NCBI RefSeq assembly: GCF_964213995.1
Contig: NC_135812.1
Location: forward strand, 81,282,001 to 81,346,000
Length of the DNA: 64,000 nt
Direction of reading: 5' to 3'
Origin: Mustelus asterias
Taxonomy: Eukaryota
Position 1 is the stretch's first letter, and every line of letters starts with the position of its first letter. Shown one piece after another: positions 27,765 through 40,295 of the stretch. Made by a program: the position numbers and the translations under genes. The notes below the pieces were generated by a model. It saw nothing but the letters and a program-made list of their open reading frames with translations, was not told the origin of the DNA and searched no databases.

Positions 27765-28485
27765 GATTGCGGACGAACTTGAGCCTGCGATCACCCATCC
27801 GCGGCAGGGGCTCATGATCCGGCGAAACCCAAAAGTTGCCAATCTCGCCAGGGAGATTGCAACTTGTGATTTTTGCCACCCCTTGCCAGCGATGTAATCA
27901 GGTTCACGCCATTGTGGACATGTACCTGATTTAAATACATTTCAATATGTTTGATTAAAGACACCCCCCCTCCCCCCCCGCCCCCACTCCACTATATACT
28001 GAGCCCAAAGTGTATTTTCAAACCACACTAACGTGACGTCACATCGGTGCAGTTTACACCAGGTTCACCCAGGGGTGGTGGCTGCTGGTGTTGACTGTGT
28101 GAGTGGGGGATGGGGGGTCCGATGTTCGGGGGTGAAGTGGGGGATTCCAGCATTGATTGTTGGTGGGAGTGGGGGGTGGGGGGAGGGTGGGAAGATTAGC
28201 GGCTTTGATCACTGCAGAGGCGGGGTAAAGGGAAGCTCCTGAGACCTCCATGGTGTGTTATGGGAGGTTTCTTTCTGGTCCTTTAAACATGCAGCCCTGA
28301 TCTCAGTGCAGCCAGACTTTGCCAGCATGTTGAGGCCCCCCTCCTCAACATGACAGTGTGAAACATGCCCACCTGTTTTTTTTGTGACAGAGTGTGGTAG
28401 AATCTGGAGAGAAAACTGGCAGCGAAACATGCCGTTTTTATGCCAGAACCAACGCTCTGCCAAATTCTGGTAAGATTTCGCCCAT
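27765..28485. mobile_element. Longer GC-rich Harbinger-derived non-autonomous element
   Basis: Ends gtaagatttcgccc. Related blocks at about 43875-44750, 38690-39210, 2880-3600 and 63145-63550. Confidence 0.55.
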
Positions 28486-29149
28486 AGGGTTAAAAATTAT
28501 TCGGGCCTGGTGGTCGTGTATCGCAACATGCCAGTCCCCAGAGAGGCAAATACCATGGAAATTTGGGACTGTTGCATCATTTAGCTGATTGTCGTGCAAG
28601 TTCCGAGCAATACTCTGCTATAAAATTTCAACATCGGAGTCCAGCTGCAATAGTCAAATGCTGTCTTTATTACACATGTGGAGAACCAAGGCTGCATCGT
28701 CCAGATGCTTCTCCACTGAGGTTTATATATGTTTTCATTATCAGTTACAACTTAATGGTATTAAGTAAGCAAAGGCCTTGGTACAATGGCCTCCAGTGGG
28801 CTGATAATAGTATTCCAATACAGTAATTGCAATGCAGAGACAGGGTATTGTCTCTCTGGAGATAGTAAGTAATGTATATTCTACATTGATGTAGTTTATG
28901 ACCATCAGACAATGTCACAATGGCCTTTCCCATTCCTTCATTAAGCTATTACATTGTTCGTTTGTCTTGTGCCTCCTGAGATAGTGGAGAATGGGTGTGC
29001 TTATTGGCACCCCAGCTGCTCGTCCTGACTGACACGCTAAAATGCCTCAAAACTCTGCACGCGCAGCCACATCGGATTGAGTGTCTGCTGGCTGCTTTTG
29101 CTAAGAGCACATGGTGCAGACACCTTCTGTTCTTGAAAGGAAGCTACAC

Positions 29150-30770
29150 TGAATTACTGGAGGCTGTTGCTGAATACTGTTGCTGCAATTATAAACAAGA
29201 AAATCGAACACTGCGGAAGAGAGAGGGCTCCAGGATCACAGAGTCTCTAATAGTAGAGATGGACGCAAGGAAAGATCTTGTAGTTCAAGGAAGAGCCAAA
29301 AGACCCTCAAGGAAAGTCCTTGGGAGCACATGCCAAAGGGAAGCCAATTCCAAGTGTCTGCATCCAAGAATCTGGCAGTAGCGACAGAAGAAGTTTAATG
29401 ACCTTATGTAGGTGGTCAAGGTTAGTGACTGCGTCTTTAGATGACAACTCCTACCCACAGTTCCATGAGCCTGTGATGATATGTGCCTGCATACATTATA
29501 ATGTAAAATGTTCGGCAGAGCAAGGGTTAACATGGGGCTAGAGAGTGGCACCACCCACAATGTGGTATATGTAGTCACATGGTCATATCATGGTCTAGAA
29601 CAGAACTCTGTAAGCAGCATGTCTGCATGATGGAAGCTACACCATATAAGGCCATATTGAAACTATAAATAGTTAAAGCCGACCAATAAATGTGTTTGTA
29701 TTTAAACACACAAGCTCATCAATGAGCCACCACCACTGCAATATAAAGAACCTTATAAAACTTAGAAAATTCTAAAGATTAGACAGAGTGGATTCAGAAA
29801 GAATGTTCCCGATGGTGGTGGAGTCCAGAACAAGGGGTTGTAGTTTGAAGATAAGAGGTAAACCTTTTAAGGCCTACGGCATGGTGGCACAGTGGTTCGC
29901 ACTGCTGCCTCACAGCACCAGGGATCTGGGTTCAATTCCAGCCTTGGGTCACTGTCTGAGCAGAGATTGTATGTTCTCCCCGTGTCTGCATGGATTTCCT
30001 CTGGGTGCTCTAGTTTCCACCCATATTCCAAAGATGTGTGGGTTGGGTTGATTGGCCATGTTAAATTGCCCCTTCGTGTCAGGGAGATTAGCAGGGTAAA
30101 TACATGAGGTTACGGGATGGGGTGGGATTATTGTCAGTGCAGGCCTGATGGGCCAAATAGCCTCTCTCTGCACTGTTTAATTAATTGAAGCCAAAGCATT
30201 ACATGATTCTATTTTATGTTTCTAACCCATATTACGTACATAATATGACACAGCCTCATCTCAATGAACCACACCCGCCATTATGGATCCAGCACTAGTC
30301 CCAGGCACTCTAGACTCGGAATTACCATCCAAGTAATTCATCTCGCCCTCACACACCTACCAACACGGACTACTTTATATCCACCTTGACTATCTCTAGA
30401 TACCTTCAGCTATGGTAGACACATCAGACAAACACAGTACAACACACTAACTGATGTTCTTCCCCCTTTCTTGCAGGACACACAAAAGAGAGGACAAATA
30501 CATTTGCATCTCCTATCCCTGTGAAGGAGATAGTTCTTCACATTGGAGAGCCTGTCAGCCACTACAGAACCTGTGACACCCAGTGTTACTGAGAACATTG
30601 AGGATTATAGTATAAACCTGCTTTACGGCCGACTCACCTTCATCCTGCTATCTGGCATGATGAGCAAGCTGCAGATGCCCATTAACTTTTTACTTCCCAA
30701 CCATCCTCCCTCATACCATTATTCCCCTTTTGATTTTCTGCTTTCAGAAACCCGAGAACTGCCACTTGTT
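29150..30770 (+). pseudogene. Decayed Harbinger Myb/SANT-like gene interrupted by CR1 and HE1
   Basis: LIVEMDARKD...RPSRK...PRIWQ*RQKKFNDLM*VVK|gttagt; a second exon after ttgcag (about 30477) reads GQIHLHLLS/PVKEIVLHIG. Confidence 0.68.
29876..30176 (+). mobile_element. HE1-type V-SINE, preceded by a CR1 fragment at about 29750-29870
   Basis: A and B boxes, V-domain and tail. Confidence 0.9.
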
Positions 30771-32035
30771 CAGTCATAAGGCCATCAGACCATCTAATAC
30801 CAATCAAGATTAATCCCATTTAGCAGCACTTGGATCATAGCCTACTGTGCCTTGACAATTTAAGTGCTTGTCAAGATGCTTCTTCAAAGCTGCAAGAATA
30901 CCTGCCTCCACCACCCTCTCGGGCAGCACATTCCATATTTCCACTGCCCTCTGGGTGAAAAAATCTTTCCTCGGATCCCATCTGACCCTCTCATTCTTCA
31001 GCTTAAAGCTATGTCCTCCGGTCTTAGACACTTTTGCATGGGAAAAAGATTCTTACAATCTACCCTATCTATGCCTCTCATAATTTTGTATACTTCTGTC
31101 AGACCCCCTCTCAGCCTTCTCTGCTCCAGGGAAAACAAACCCAGCTTATCCAGTCACTTCTCATAGCTGAAACTTTCCATCCTAGGCAACATCCTGGTGA
31201 ATTTCCTCTGCACCCTCCACTGCAATCACATCCTTCCAATAGTGTGGCAACCAGAACTACACACAATACTCCATCCATGGCCTAACTAATGTTTTAGAAA
31301 GATTTACCTCTCTGCTCCTATATTTTATGTCCCGGCTAATGAAGACAAGCATTCCGTATGCCTCGTTCATCACCTTATCTCTATGTGCTGCCACCTTCAG
31401 GGATCTATGGACTTGTACACCAAGGTCCCTTTGTTCCTCAATAATCCCTAGGGAACTACCGTTCATGTGTATTTCCTCCCCTTAGTAGACCTTCCAAAAT
31501 GCATCACCTTACACTTATCAGGATTAAATTCCATCTGCCATTACTCTGCCCAATTTACCAGCTGATCAATATCAGTCTGTTGCCTAAGACACTATCAACA
31601 ACACCTCCAATTTTCGTGTCATCTTATTAAATTTACTAATTGTACCTTCTACATTTGCATCCAAGTTGTTAATGTAGATAACAAACAGCAAAGGTCCCAG
31701 CACCGATCCCTGTGGTACACCATTGGTCACAAAAGCAACCCTCCACCCTCACCCTTTCTCTCCTATTAACAAGCCAATTTTGGATCCAATTTGCCATCTT
31801 GCCTTGGATTCCATGGGCTCCAACCTTTTGGACCAGCCTCCCACGTGGACCTTGTTAAAGGCTTTTACTGACGTCCATATAAACAACATCAACTGTGTTA
31901 CCCTCATCAGTATATTCAGTTACCGCTTCAAAAAACTCAATTAAATTAGTTAGTCAGGATTTTCCACCAACAATTCCATCCTTACTATCCCTGATCAATC
32001 CTCGCCTTTGCAGGTGTTGATTAATCCTGTCCCTT
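30770..32035 (-). mobile_element. CR1 LINE RT and 3' fragment
   Basis: Minus-strand [23 protein letters not shown] and FFTQRAVEIWN motifs. Confidence 0.9.
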
Positions 32036-32559
32036 TCCCAATAACACCGCAGCAACACACACTGTGAAATTCAGCAACTCACCACAAAATCATCAAAAAG
32101 AATCCTGAATTTTTCCAAAGACTTTGCAGTAACCAAGGTTATTCAAAATGACCTTGCCTGCAAATCGGTGTCTGGCCTTTTAAATAATCCTTATAGATGA
32201 ATGCTTGAACTTTGGTGAGTGTCAAATGAATTAGTCTAATGAAGCTGCATGGTTCAGATTTGGCACATGGGTGTCACATCAACTGGTAGAGCTGAATGAC
32301 GCCATGATAGCACATGTTTAGAAACATCCAGAGCATACAGCGGCACACCCTTGTCAAGATAGTGTGCTGCATGGGTCACAGTGGAAGCGTGTGATGATGC
32401 AGCATGCACTCCAGGAGGGTTATTCAGCTTGCACAGTGTTGTCTCCAGTGATACTCGGAGTCTTAATTTTGCATCCACAGATGTGTAATGGTGAGAATGC
32501 AAGTACAAAATGCAAATAGGCTTCAGGGTTTAGTACATAAAGACATTGAATGTAAAAGC

Positions 32560-34350
32560 AAGGACATGATGATAGTTATACCATTGGACAGAGTATTAAA
32601 CAAGAAATCATTGGAGCTTGTAACAAAGGCAATGTCACGCTTGTGGGGAAGTTGAATTTTCATCCAGATATGACCTATCAAATTGGCAAAGGTTGTCTGG
32701 AAGATGGGTTTGTAGCATGCTTTTGTGACAATTTCCTGGAGCAATATGTTGTGGAGCCAACGAGGGATATAGTTATTTTTGGTCTAGTATTTTGCAATGA
32801 AGCAGGATAAATTAGTAATGTCATAATAAAAGACCAATTTGGAAACCGTGATCACAATACAACTGCATTCCATATTAAGTTTGAAAATGACATACACCAA
32901 TCAGAAACAAGGGGGGTGATTCTCCCATCGCAACCCGCAACTTTTCTGGCGGGTCGGGCAGGGAGATGTGCATTGCCGGCCTTTTCCCGAGATTTGTGCA
33001 TGCACCGGGAACGCATGCGCATCTCCCAGAGCCGGAGAACAGTCGGAGACCAGACCACGCTGGAAACCGGCGGAAGAGAGGTAAGTCATTCGAATCTTTT
33101 CTTTAATGTAGTTTAAATATGTTCAGCATACGATTATCGGGAACTTGCTGGGCCCGATTGGATCTCCCACCCCACCAGGAGTGCTTCATTCCGGCGGGGT
33201 TTAGAGTAGCTCCCCACATTCGGGGAACTAACAGGGAGACCCCGCCGGAATGAAGGGGAGGTAATCGGGGGCCCCCCAGGGGGTTGGGTGGTGGGGAGAT
33301 GGTGCCCTCTGGGCATGGGCACTCTGGCAGTACCAGCCTGTGCCCCCGGCACTGACCAAGGGGCAAAATGCCCATGTCCAGGGGGCACCTTTTCACTTCC
33401 CATCAGGCATCGGGCAGTACCAAGAGGGTGGGGCTACTGTGGGCAGGGCCTAGGGGTGATCAGTGGGGGTGGGGGTTACTGCTGCCACTCTGCATGGTGA
33501 TCGGTCTGGGCTGGAGAAAGGGCAGCGATTTAGGCGGGCTTGGGGGAGGTGTGTTTGCCGGGGGGGGGGGGGTCTGCCGGGGTGAAGGGGGTGGGAAGAT
33601 TGCCACTGCTGGGGCGGGTGGGCTGGACATGTGGGCGCTCCAGGGCGGGGGGAATCAGGGCTGGCCTGGGAATTGTTGTGAGGGCTGCGATTGGGGTTTG
33701 GTGGGGGGGGGGGGGGGGTGCTGGAGGGGCAGCACTGCTGGGGTCGTGGGCTGGCCAGCGATTGAGCTGGCCAGCAAACGGGGAGACTGACAGACTGGGA
33801 CCGCTGCACATGCGCAGAGTTCCAGAACTGTCAAACTCTGGCGCAAATCGACCTCGCCCCCCTGGGTTTTTAATGAGATTCACGATTGGGACCTCTGCAG
33901 TGCAAAGAATGGGGAGATTCAGGTGTGAACTTGAACTGAGAAAACAATCGTGATCTAGAACAGTTTTCCCACCAATTCAGCACTTTTGGGAGAATCACCT
34001 CCAAGACTGTTAAATGTAAACCGGGCCAATTATATAGGTATCAGAGAAAAGCTGGCTATTGTTGATTGGGCAAATAGAGTAAAGGGCATGACGGTAAATA
34101 AAGAATGCAAAATTTTAAAGGAACAATTCAAAATGTTCAACAAATATGCATTCCATTGAAATACAAAAACACAGTGAGAAAGATCTGTTTGTGTCTTACC
34201 ACAGAGGTTAAGAATCATATTGCATTAAAAGACAAGGCTTATAATGTTGCAAAGAATAATAGTAAGTCTGAGGATTGGAAATGTTTTAGAAACCAGCAAA
34301 GGGCCACAAAAATTGATTGAAAAGGGAAAAAATTGAATATGGGCGTAAGT
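32560..34350 (+). mobile_element. Old CR1 EN/tether fragment split by a MITE
   Basis: FLEQYVVEPTR...DHN motif; the sequence rejoins across the MITE as QSETRLLNVNRANY. Confidence 0.75.
32912..34002. mobile_element. Non-autonomous PIF/Harbinger-type element
   Basis: TIRs gggggtgattctccca / tgggagaatcacctcc; 3-bp TSD AAG; removing it restores the CR1 sequence. Confidence 0.85.
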
Positions 34351-34919
34351 CAGCTCATATTGTGAGAGCTTTTAGCTGTTATGAAAATGTGTTATGTAGA
34401 ATATTAATTTGTAATGTCATTGCTAGATAGATGTATGTATTGACATTGTTTTCTAAATAACATTTTCTCCGAAGCAAAGGCGAGAGGCTTACAGCAGCTG
34501 TTATGTTGCAATTGTGAATAACACAAGCCTCTTATAGAGACACAGAGCCTATGGAACACTCAGAGAAATGTCACGTGATCCAACCCTTGGGTGTAAGTTG
34601 ATTACAGTTGACTGTTAATTTTATTGTTTTACTGCATTGTTTTTGTTTGGTTATGGGTGTGGGGGGAGTTGCGTCATTGCATGGTATTGCACTTTGTTTA
34701 TCTGTTCCTCATCACTTTTGGAAACCAATAAAAATAATTTATTTTAAAAAAACAGATTTATTGTAGTTGCCACAAGGGCAACATCTCTTTCTCCCATCTC
34801 TTGTCTGAAACTCTCTCATCAAAGCTGTTTGTGATTTGGTAAACCCACCTGGAGATCTCATTGCTGCAAAGAAAGAGTTCTTAAAGGAGAACTACAAATC
34901 AACCTGTGTGTGTCTGCGT

Positions 34920-35148
34920 TATCGTGTGTCTTGAAGGCAGCTTTGGAGAACACATACCCGAAGATTGGAGGCTGAATGTCCTTGACTGCTGAAGTGCTCC
35001 CCGACTGGAAGGGAACACTCCTGCCTGGCGATTTGTTGCGCAGTGTCCGTTCATCCATTGTCATAGCGTCTGCATGGTCTCACCGATGTACCACGCCTCG
35101 GGACATCCTTTCCTGCAGCGTATGAGGGAGACAATGTTGGCCAAGTCC
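34920..35148 (-). mobile_element. Penelope-like element GIY-YIG endonuclease fragment
   Basis: Minus strand reads ANIVSLIRCRKGCPEAWYIGETMQTL*QWMNGH...LPVGEHFSSQGHS. Confidence 0.88.
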
Positions 35149-36719
35149 CAACCACATTCTTACCATATTCTCTGGACTTTTGAAGAATGAGAGGTGATCT
35201 CATTGAAACATTCAAGTTGGTGAAGGGGCTGGACAGGACAGATACTGAGAGGTTGTTTCCCTTGGCTGGGGAATCTAGAACAATGGTGCTCAATTTCAGG
35301 ATCGGGGTGAATCATTTGGGACTGAGGTAAGCAGAAATGTCTTCACTCAAAGGGTTGTGAATCTTTGCTGTTCTAGATAGTCATGAAGAAAGAGTGTTCC
35401 AGCCAAAGAAAAAAATGTTTAAAAAATGATGCTTTTGCAATACAAAGGGTCTCAAAAATTCAAGACATTTCTAAGATATTTTTAGGACTGTGAATAGTTT
35501 TAAAGAGAGTTTTTTTAAATTGAGGGAATTGAGTCATTATTATTACCAGAAGAACGACTGAAAATTGGATATTTATTGACAGCTGGTTTTTCGAACCTGC
35601 TTTGCCGCAAATGACTATCAAGATGGTGTAATTACCTTGAGTTGTCACGAAAAAGGAAAGATATATGAATGATAGAAAGGGCATGTAAATGGGATCAGAA
35701 TAGACAGCCCCAGGTGAATAGCTGATAAACCTCTGCTCTAAATTCTGTGATTTTTTTCTGGAGAATATCCTCTGTATATTTTACGATGATGGTAGCAGCT
35801 GTTTTAGGATAGTTTTCAACACCTATCAGAAAATAAAAGTGTAGTCGTAATGGTTCCATTCCTCAGACCAAATTGCCGCTATCAGCTGCACACATAATTG
35901 ACTTTTATGGTAAGTGACATGTTTACCTGCAATTCTAATTAGATGCTAGACTTGAATTTGAATGTTTTAAACCGAACATTGACCCTCAGACAGACAATGC
36001 TGTTTAACGTCAAGCATCCAGGATAAATATAAGGCTGAGACCCAAACGGAAAGCAAAGGAAGTACCATTAAAAGCAGGGTTTTAATATATTTTTGGCAGA
36101 AATGAACACAAAATGACAATATTTCCAAATAATTTCCATTGAAAGGTGGCTTAGTATTTTTATTTTACTATATTAAATATAGGGATTGATTCCTTTTGTG
36201 TGTAACCCCTGCAACATTTGGTTAAGCAAGGTCCAGATATTACAAGAGCCTTGACAATGACACCAGACATTGGCAGAGATTTTAAACTAGTACTAAACTA
36301 ATAGTGGGGATGGGGAAGTGCCATCTACGTGAAACAGTCTTAAGTGTTAACAGAACAGGGCAAGGGAACATGAAAAAGAATAAAGTAAGGGAGAATATTG
36401 ATGGCAAGACAATGTATAGAGTTATGGAACAGGAGTTTAAAAAGATGGTTGCACATAAAAAGTGAGGAAATCCTATTTAAAAATTAGTTAAAATATCTAC
36501 ACTGCAATGCATATACTGACTGCAATAAAACAGAATAACTTCAGGCAATTGTGCATTTTGAGGAACCAGACCTGGCCAGTATTACTGAGTATGGCTACAG
36601 AAAGACTGTAAGATGTAGGAAGGTAAATAGGTCGTTCAGCCCATTGAGTCTGCTCTACCATTCAGTTAGGTCATGGCTGATCTAATATAATCCTCAACTC
36701 CATTTTCCCATTTTATCCC

Positions 36720-37467
36720 TGAAGTCGGTAAAAATACCTCTGAAGTCTGAGTCAAAATACAGTCAGGCTTTATTCTCACAAGCTTGCGGGAGAACTTGAC
36801 CCCTTGAAAGCGGAAGCCAAAGTTCTCTCTGAGCACAGAAAAGTGGGGATATATAAAGCATGGTTTCTAATACTGGTCACGAATTAACTCCAGACCAGTC
36901 ACGACTCCGAAATACAATTTACAACTGCTGGTCACGAAGCAAGCTTCCAGACCAACTACAAAAAATACATTGATAGCTTCTTGACCATAAACCAGTGTAT
37001 CTGGCATCCTCAGCACACGAAGCGCAGGTCTTCTGTTTCCTGTTCTTCTCGCGGTTCCCCTTTGAAGTTCCGACGTTCGTCCAGCTGCCTCAGCGGGAGT
37101 TCCTCTTCAAACGGTTGATATCGCGCTCCACACCATGGAATCGCTTGTCTTCCGCAAACCACACACAAACTTGTAGGAAACGTAAGACTTCACAAACACA
37201 TTCACATTTACATTGACTATCTATTGTTATCACAATAAAAGTTAACTGGTATCAATGTCAGAGGCAGTACAAACAAGAATAACTTTTATTCATGTCAAAA
37301 GCAGTATAAACCTGAGGGAAAGCAGGAGATTAGCCACAATGAAGGGTTATGCTTGTGATACATTCTAAGTACAAAGTTCAACCTTTTGGGTACAAAATAC
37401 ATTAACCCTTTCCCTTCAGATACAAAATACATTAAGTACAAAAAACATTAACCCTTTCCCTTCTTCA
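36720..37467 (-). mobile_element. Solo LTR, 748 bp, possibly retroviral
   Basis: Perfect TGAAG...CTTCA termini and 5-bp TSD ATCCC (36715-36719, 37468-37472). It interrupts a CR1 3' tail. Minus-strand TATA-like site near 36850 and AATAAA near 36770. Confidence 0.85.
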
Positions 37468-38228
37468 ATCCCCATAACCCTTGATTCCCTTACTGATTAA
37501 AAATCTGTCTATCATAGCCTTGGACATACTTAATGATTAATCTTCAACAGCTCTCTGTGGTAAAGAATTCCACAGAATCACTAACCTCTGAGAGAAGAAA
37601 TTCCTCCATCTCTTGTTTTAACTGGACAACCCTTAATCTGAGATTATGCCCTCTGGTCCGAGACTCTTGCACAAGAGGAAATTTCCTCTCAGCATCTACC
37701 CTGTCAAGCCTCCTGAGAATTTCACATATAGCAATAAGGTCACCTCTGATTCTTCTAAACTCCAATGAGTACAGGCCCAATCTACTTAACCTCTCTTCAT
37801 AAGAAAATCCCTCCATTCCCAGGATCAACCCAGTGAACCTTCTATACATTGCCTCCAATGCCAGTATATCTTTTCTTAGGGGACCAAAACTGCTCACAGT
37901 ATTCCCGGTGTGGTTTAACTAGTGCCTTGTGTAGTTTAGCAAGACTTCTCTACTTTAATACTCCATTCCCTTTAAAATAAAGGCCAACATTCCATTTGCC
38001 TTCCCAATTACCTGCTGAATTTGCATGCTAGCTTTTTGTGATTTATGCACAAGGACCTCCAAATCCCACTGTGCCGCAGCTTTCTGCAGTCTTTCTCCAT
38101 TTAAATGCTATGCAGTTCCTTTATTCCTCCTACCACAGTGCATAACTTCACATTTTCCTACATTATGTTCCATCTGCCAAGTTATTGCCCACTCACCTAA
38201 CCTATCTGTATCCCTCTGTAAACTCTTT

Positions 38229-38354
38229 GGGCAGGGTTTTATGGCCTCGGTCAACCAGAGACTGGAAAATCCACCCGAGGTCAACGGACCTTCCCATTGT
38301 CTACCCCTCACCCCCTCCGATTCCCGTGGTGGGCAGGGCGGTAGAATTCCGGCA
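38229..38354. mobile_element. 126-bp Harbinger-type MITE
   Basis: TSD TTT; adds exactly 43 codons in frame to a CR1 RT remnant. Homologues at 48860-48984 and 54006-54128. Confidence 0.85.
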
Positions 38355-39321
38355 TTTGTCTCATCCTCACCACTTGCCTTCCCACCTATTTTTGTGTCAC
38401 TCACAAACCTGGCAATAGTACATTCACTTTCCTCATCGAGGTCATTAACATATATTGTAAATAATTGTGGCTCCAGCACTGATCCTTGTGGCACTAGTTA
38501 CAGGCTCCCATCCTGAAAATGTATCTCTTATTGCAACTCTCTGTCCTCTATCAGTTGTCCAATATTCTATCCATGCTAATATACTACCCCCAACCCCATG
38601 GGTTCTTATGTTATTAAGTTCCCTTTTTGTGCAGTACCTTATCGAACGCTTTTTGGAAATCTAATTGTAATATCAATCCAACAGTGCCAACTTGTGCTGG
38701 GGGAAGTGCCAGGGTCAGGCCCTAGGGGAATCATACATGCGGAATCTCATCTATTTATGGTGGGGCAGAGCAGACACAAGAGAATGATGGTGCTGCCGAC
38801 ACTATGTGGGGAAGGGGTTGGGGGGGCGGGGTTAGGAAGGGGGCAATGCTGATGATGTGGGGGGATTCCAGCGATGATCGCAGGGGTAGAGGATTGGAAG
38901 ACAGTCGATGGTTGATTGGGAGGGTAATGGGGATGCTCTGGATGATCAAGAGTCGGGTATCTGTGACCTCCCCTATGTGGTGGAGGAGGGGAGATTAATT
39001 AATCTTCCTGTGATCAAGGACACCGACCTCAGTGGAGCCGGTTTCCGGCTCTTCAGAGTCCCGCTCCGCCAGAGTGATGGTACAAACCAGGCCCACCCTT
39101 TTTCCTTTGGCAGTAATAGTGACAAGATCTGGAGAGAAAACTGGAGACTTCCACACCCGTTTTCTCACCAGAACTGACACTCTGTCAAATTTTCATAAGT
39201 TTCTGCCCACGGTGTGGGAATTGTACGCTGAACTTTACAACGTATTCAGAAAAGATAGAGAAAGGAAATGGAGAAGTGAAGTAGCCATATTGATTGAGAT
39301 ACATGGCTGTAAAAAAAAAAT

Positions 39322-39457
39322 GGTTGGAATTCTCCAGCCATTCAAGCCCCACTGGCGCTGCAAGCAAGAACAGAGAATTTGCCTCTCAGCCACATCTCTG
39401 TTTACTGCAGCAGGATTGGTGAATACTGTTGGCGTGAACGGCTGGAGAATTCCGGCC
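39322..39457. mobile_element. Harbinger-type MITE
   Basis: 23-bp TIR with 3 mismatches; TSD AAT. Homologues at about 6160-6290, 12380-12501 and 24071-24202. Confidence 0.85.
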
Positions 39458-39849
39458 AATGACTCAGCTATCTTCAAGAGAAAAATGGAATCTATATAGG
39501 TTGAGATAAAGGATCCATCACACTTAAAGGTTTAATTGATAGGCCACCTAATAGTGGAAGGGAGATGGAGGAAGAATGAGTGCAAAAACAGAAAAATAAT
39601 CATACGTGATTTCAGATAGTCTGATATTAATTGGACAGAGGGAATTTATAGGGAAAAGGAATAGAATTGCCTTAGGGATGGGTAATAAATGCTGGCCTAA
39701 GCCAGTGATGCCCACATCCATGAATGAATAAAAGAATGTACATCAATTATATACAGATAGAGGGAATTTATTGGGGTTCCATTGAAACACATGTAAAGAG
39801 ACACTATAGTTGAGAAAAGGGAAAGAATTCTGGTTGAGTTTGAGGTGCA

Positions 39850-40295
39850 TGGTTGTAACATTTCGTTCTGTAATTACGTGCAAGACTGAAAGAAGATTGG
39901 CTCCAAAATCATCCTACAGCATGAGGTAACCATCCACTGCTATCATTGTCATACTCCAGAAAGCTAGTTAGTGAAGGATCATCATCGACAGGGATTCAGT
40001 GAGTGAGTCTGTAAGAGACATTGGCCAATGACAGAGGGAAATGACAACACCACCTGTGTGCCAGAGTCTGCCGCTATAACGATCGATGGCTACACAGATT
40101 AGCAAAAGATGCCATCTTCAAAAACCACAATTCACAATGACACCTGAGAGCCATTTTATTTGCAGCCCGTGTGGTAGAACCTGCCTCTCAAAGGTTGCTC
40201 TCTTCGGCCATCAGTAAAAGTGCACCATGTGAAGCTTTCACATCTCCAGTGGGTTTGATTTACTGCCTCATTTTACATAGATGGAAGGATGCCGA
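39850..40295 (+). mobile_element. RTE-type LINE 3' remnant
   Basis: C-terminal zinc-knuckle FICSPCGRTCLSKVALFGHQ at about 40155-40215. Confidence 0.65.

Larger units (their letters stand above)
36605..38660 (-). mobile_element. CR1 RT and 3' fragment containing a solo LTR and a MITE
   Basis: PQGSVLEPQLFTIYVNDLD and EERLSRLGLYSLEFRR motifs; the tail continues on both sides of the LTR. Confidence 0.9.
36420..39700 (+). mobile_element. Old CR1 endonuclease N-terminus split by younger insertions (pieces at about 36420-36605 and 39210-39700)
   Basis: YLHCNA...ASITE on the left; WEL...YNVFRKDRE...VAILI, RPPNS and DF..SDINW on the right. Confidence 0.7.

Noticed and set aside
33368-33953. Gly/Pro-rich ORFs in several frames
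   Set aside because: A by-product of G-rich sequence inside a TIR/TSD-bounded non-autonomous element.
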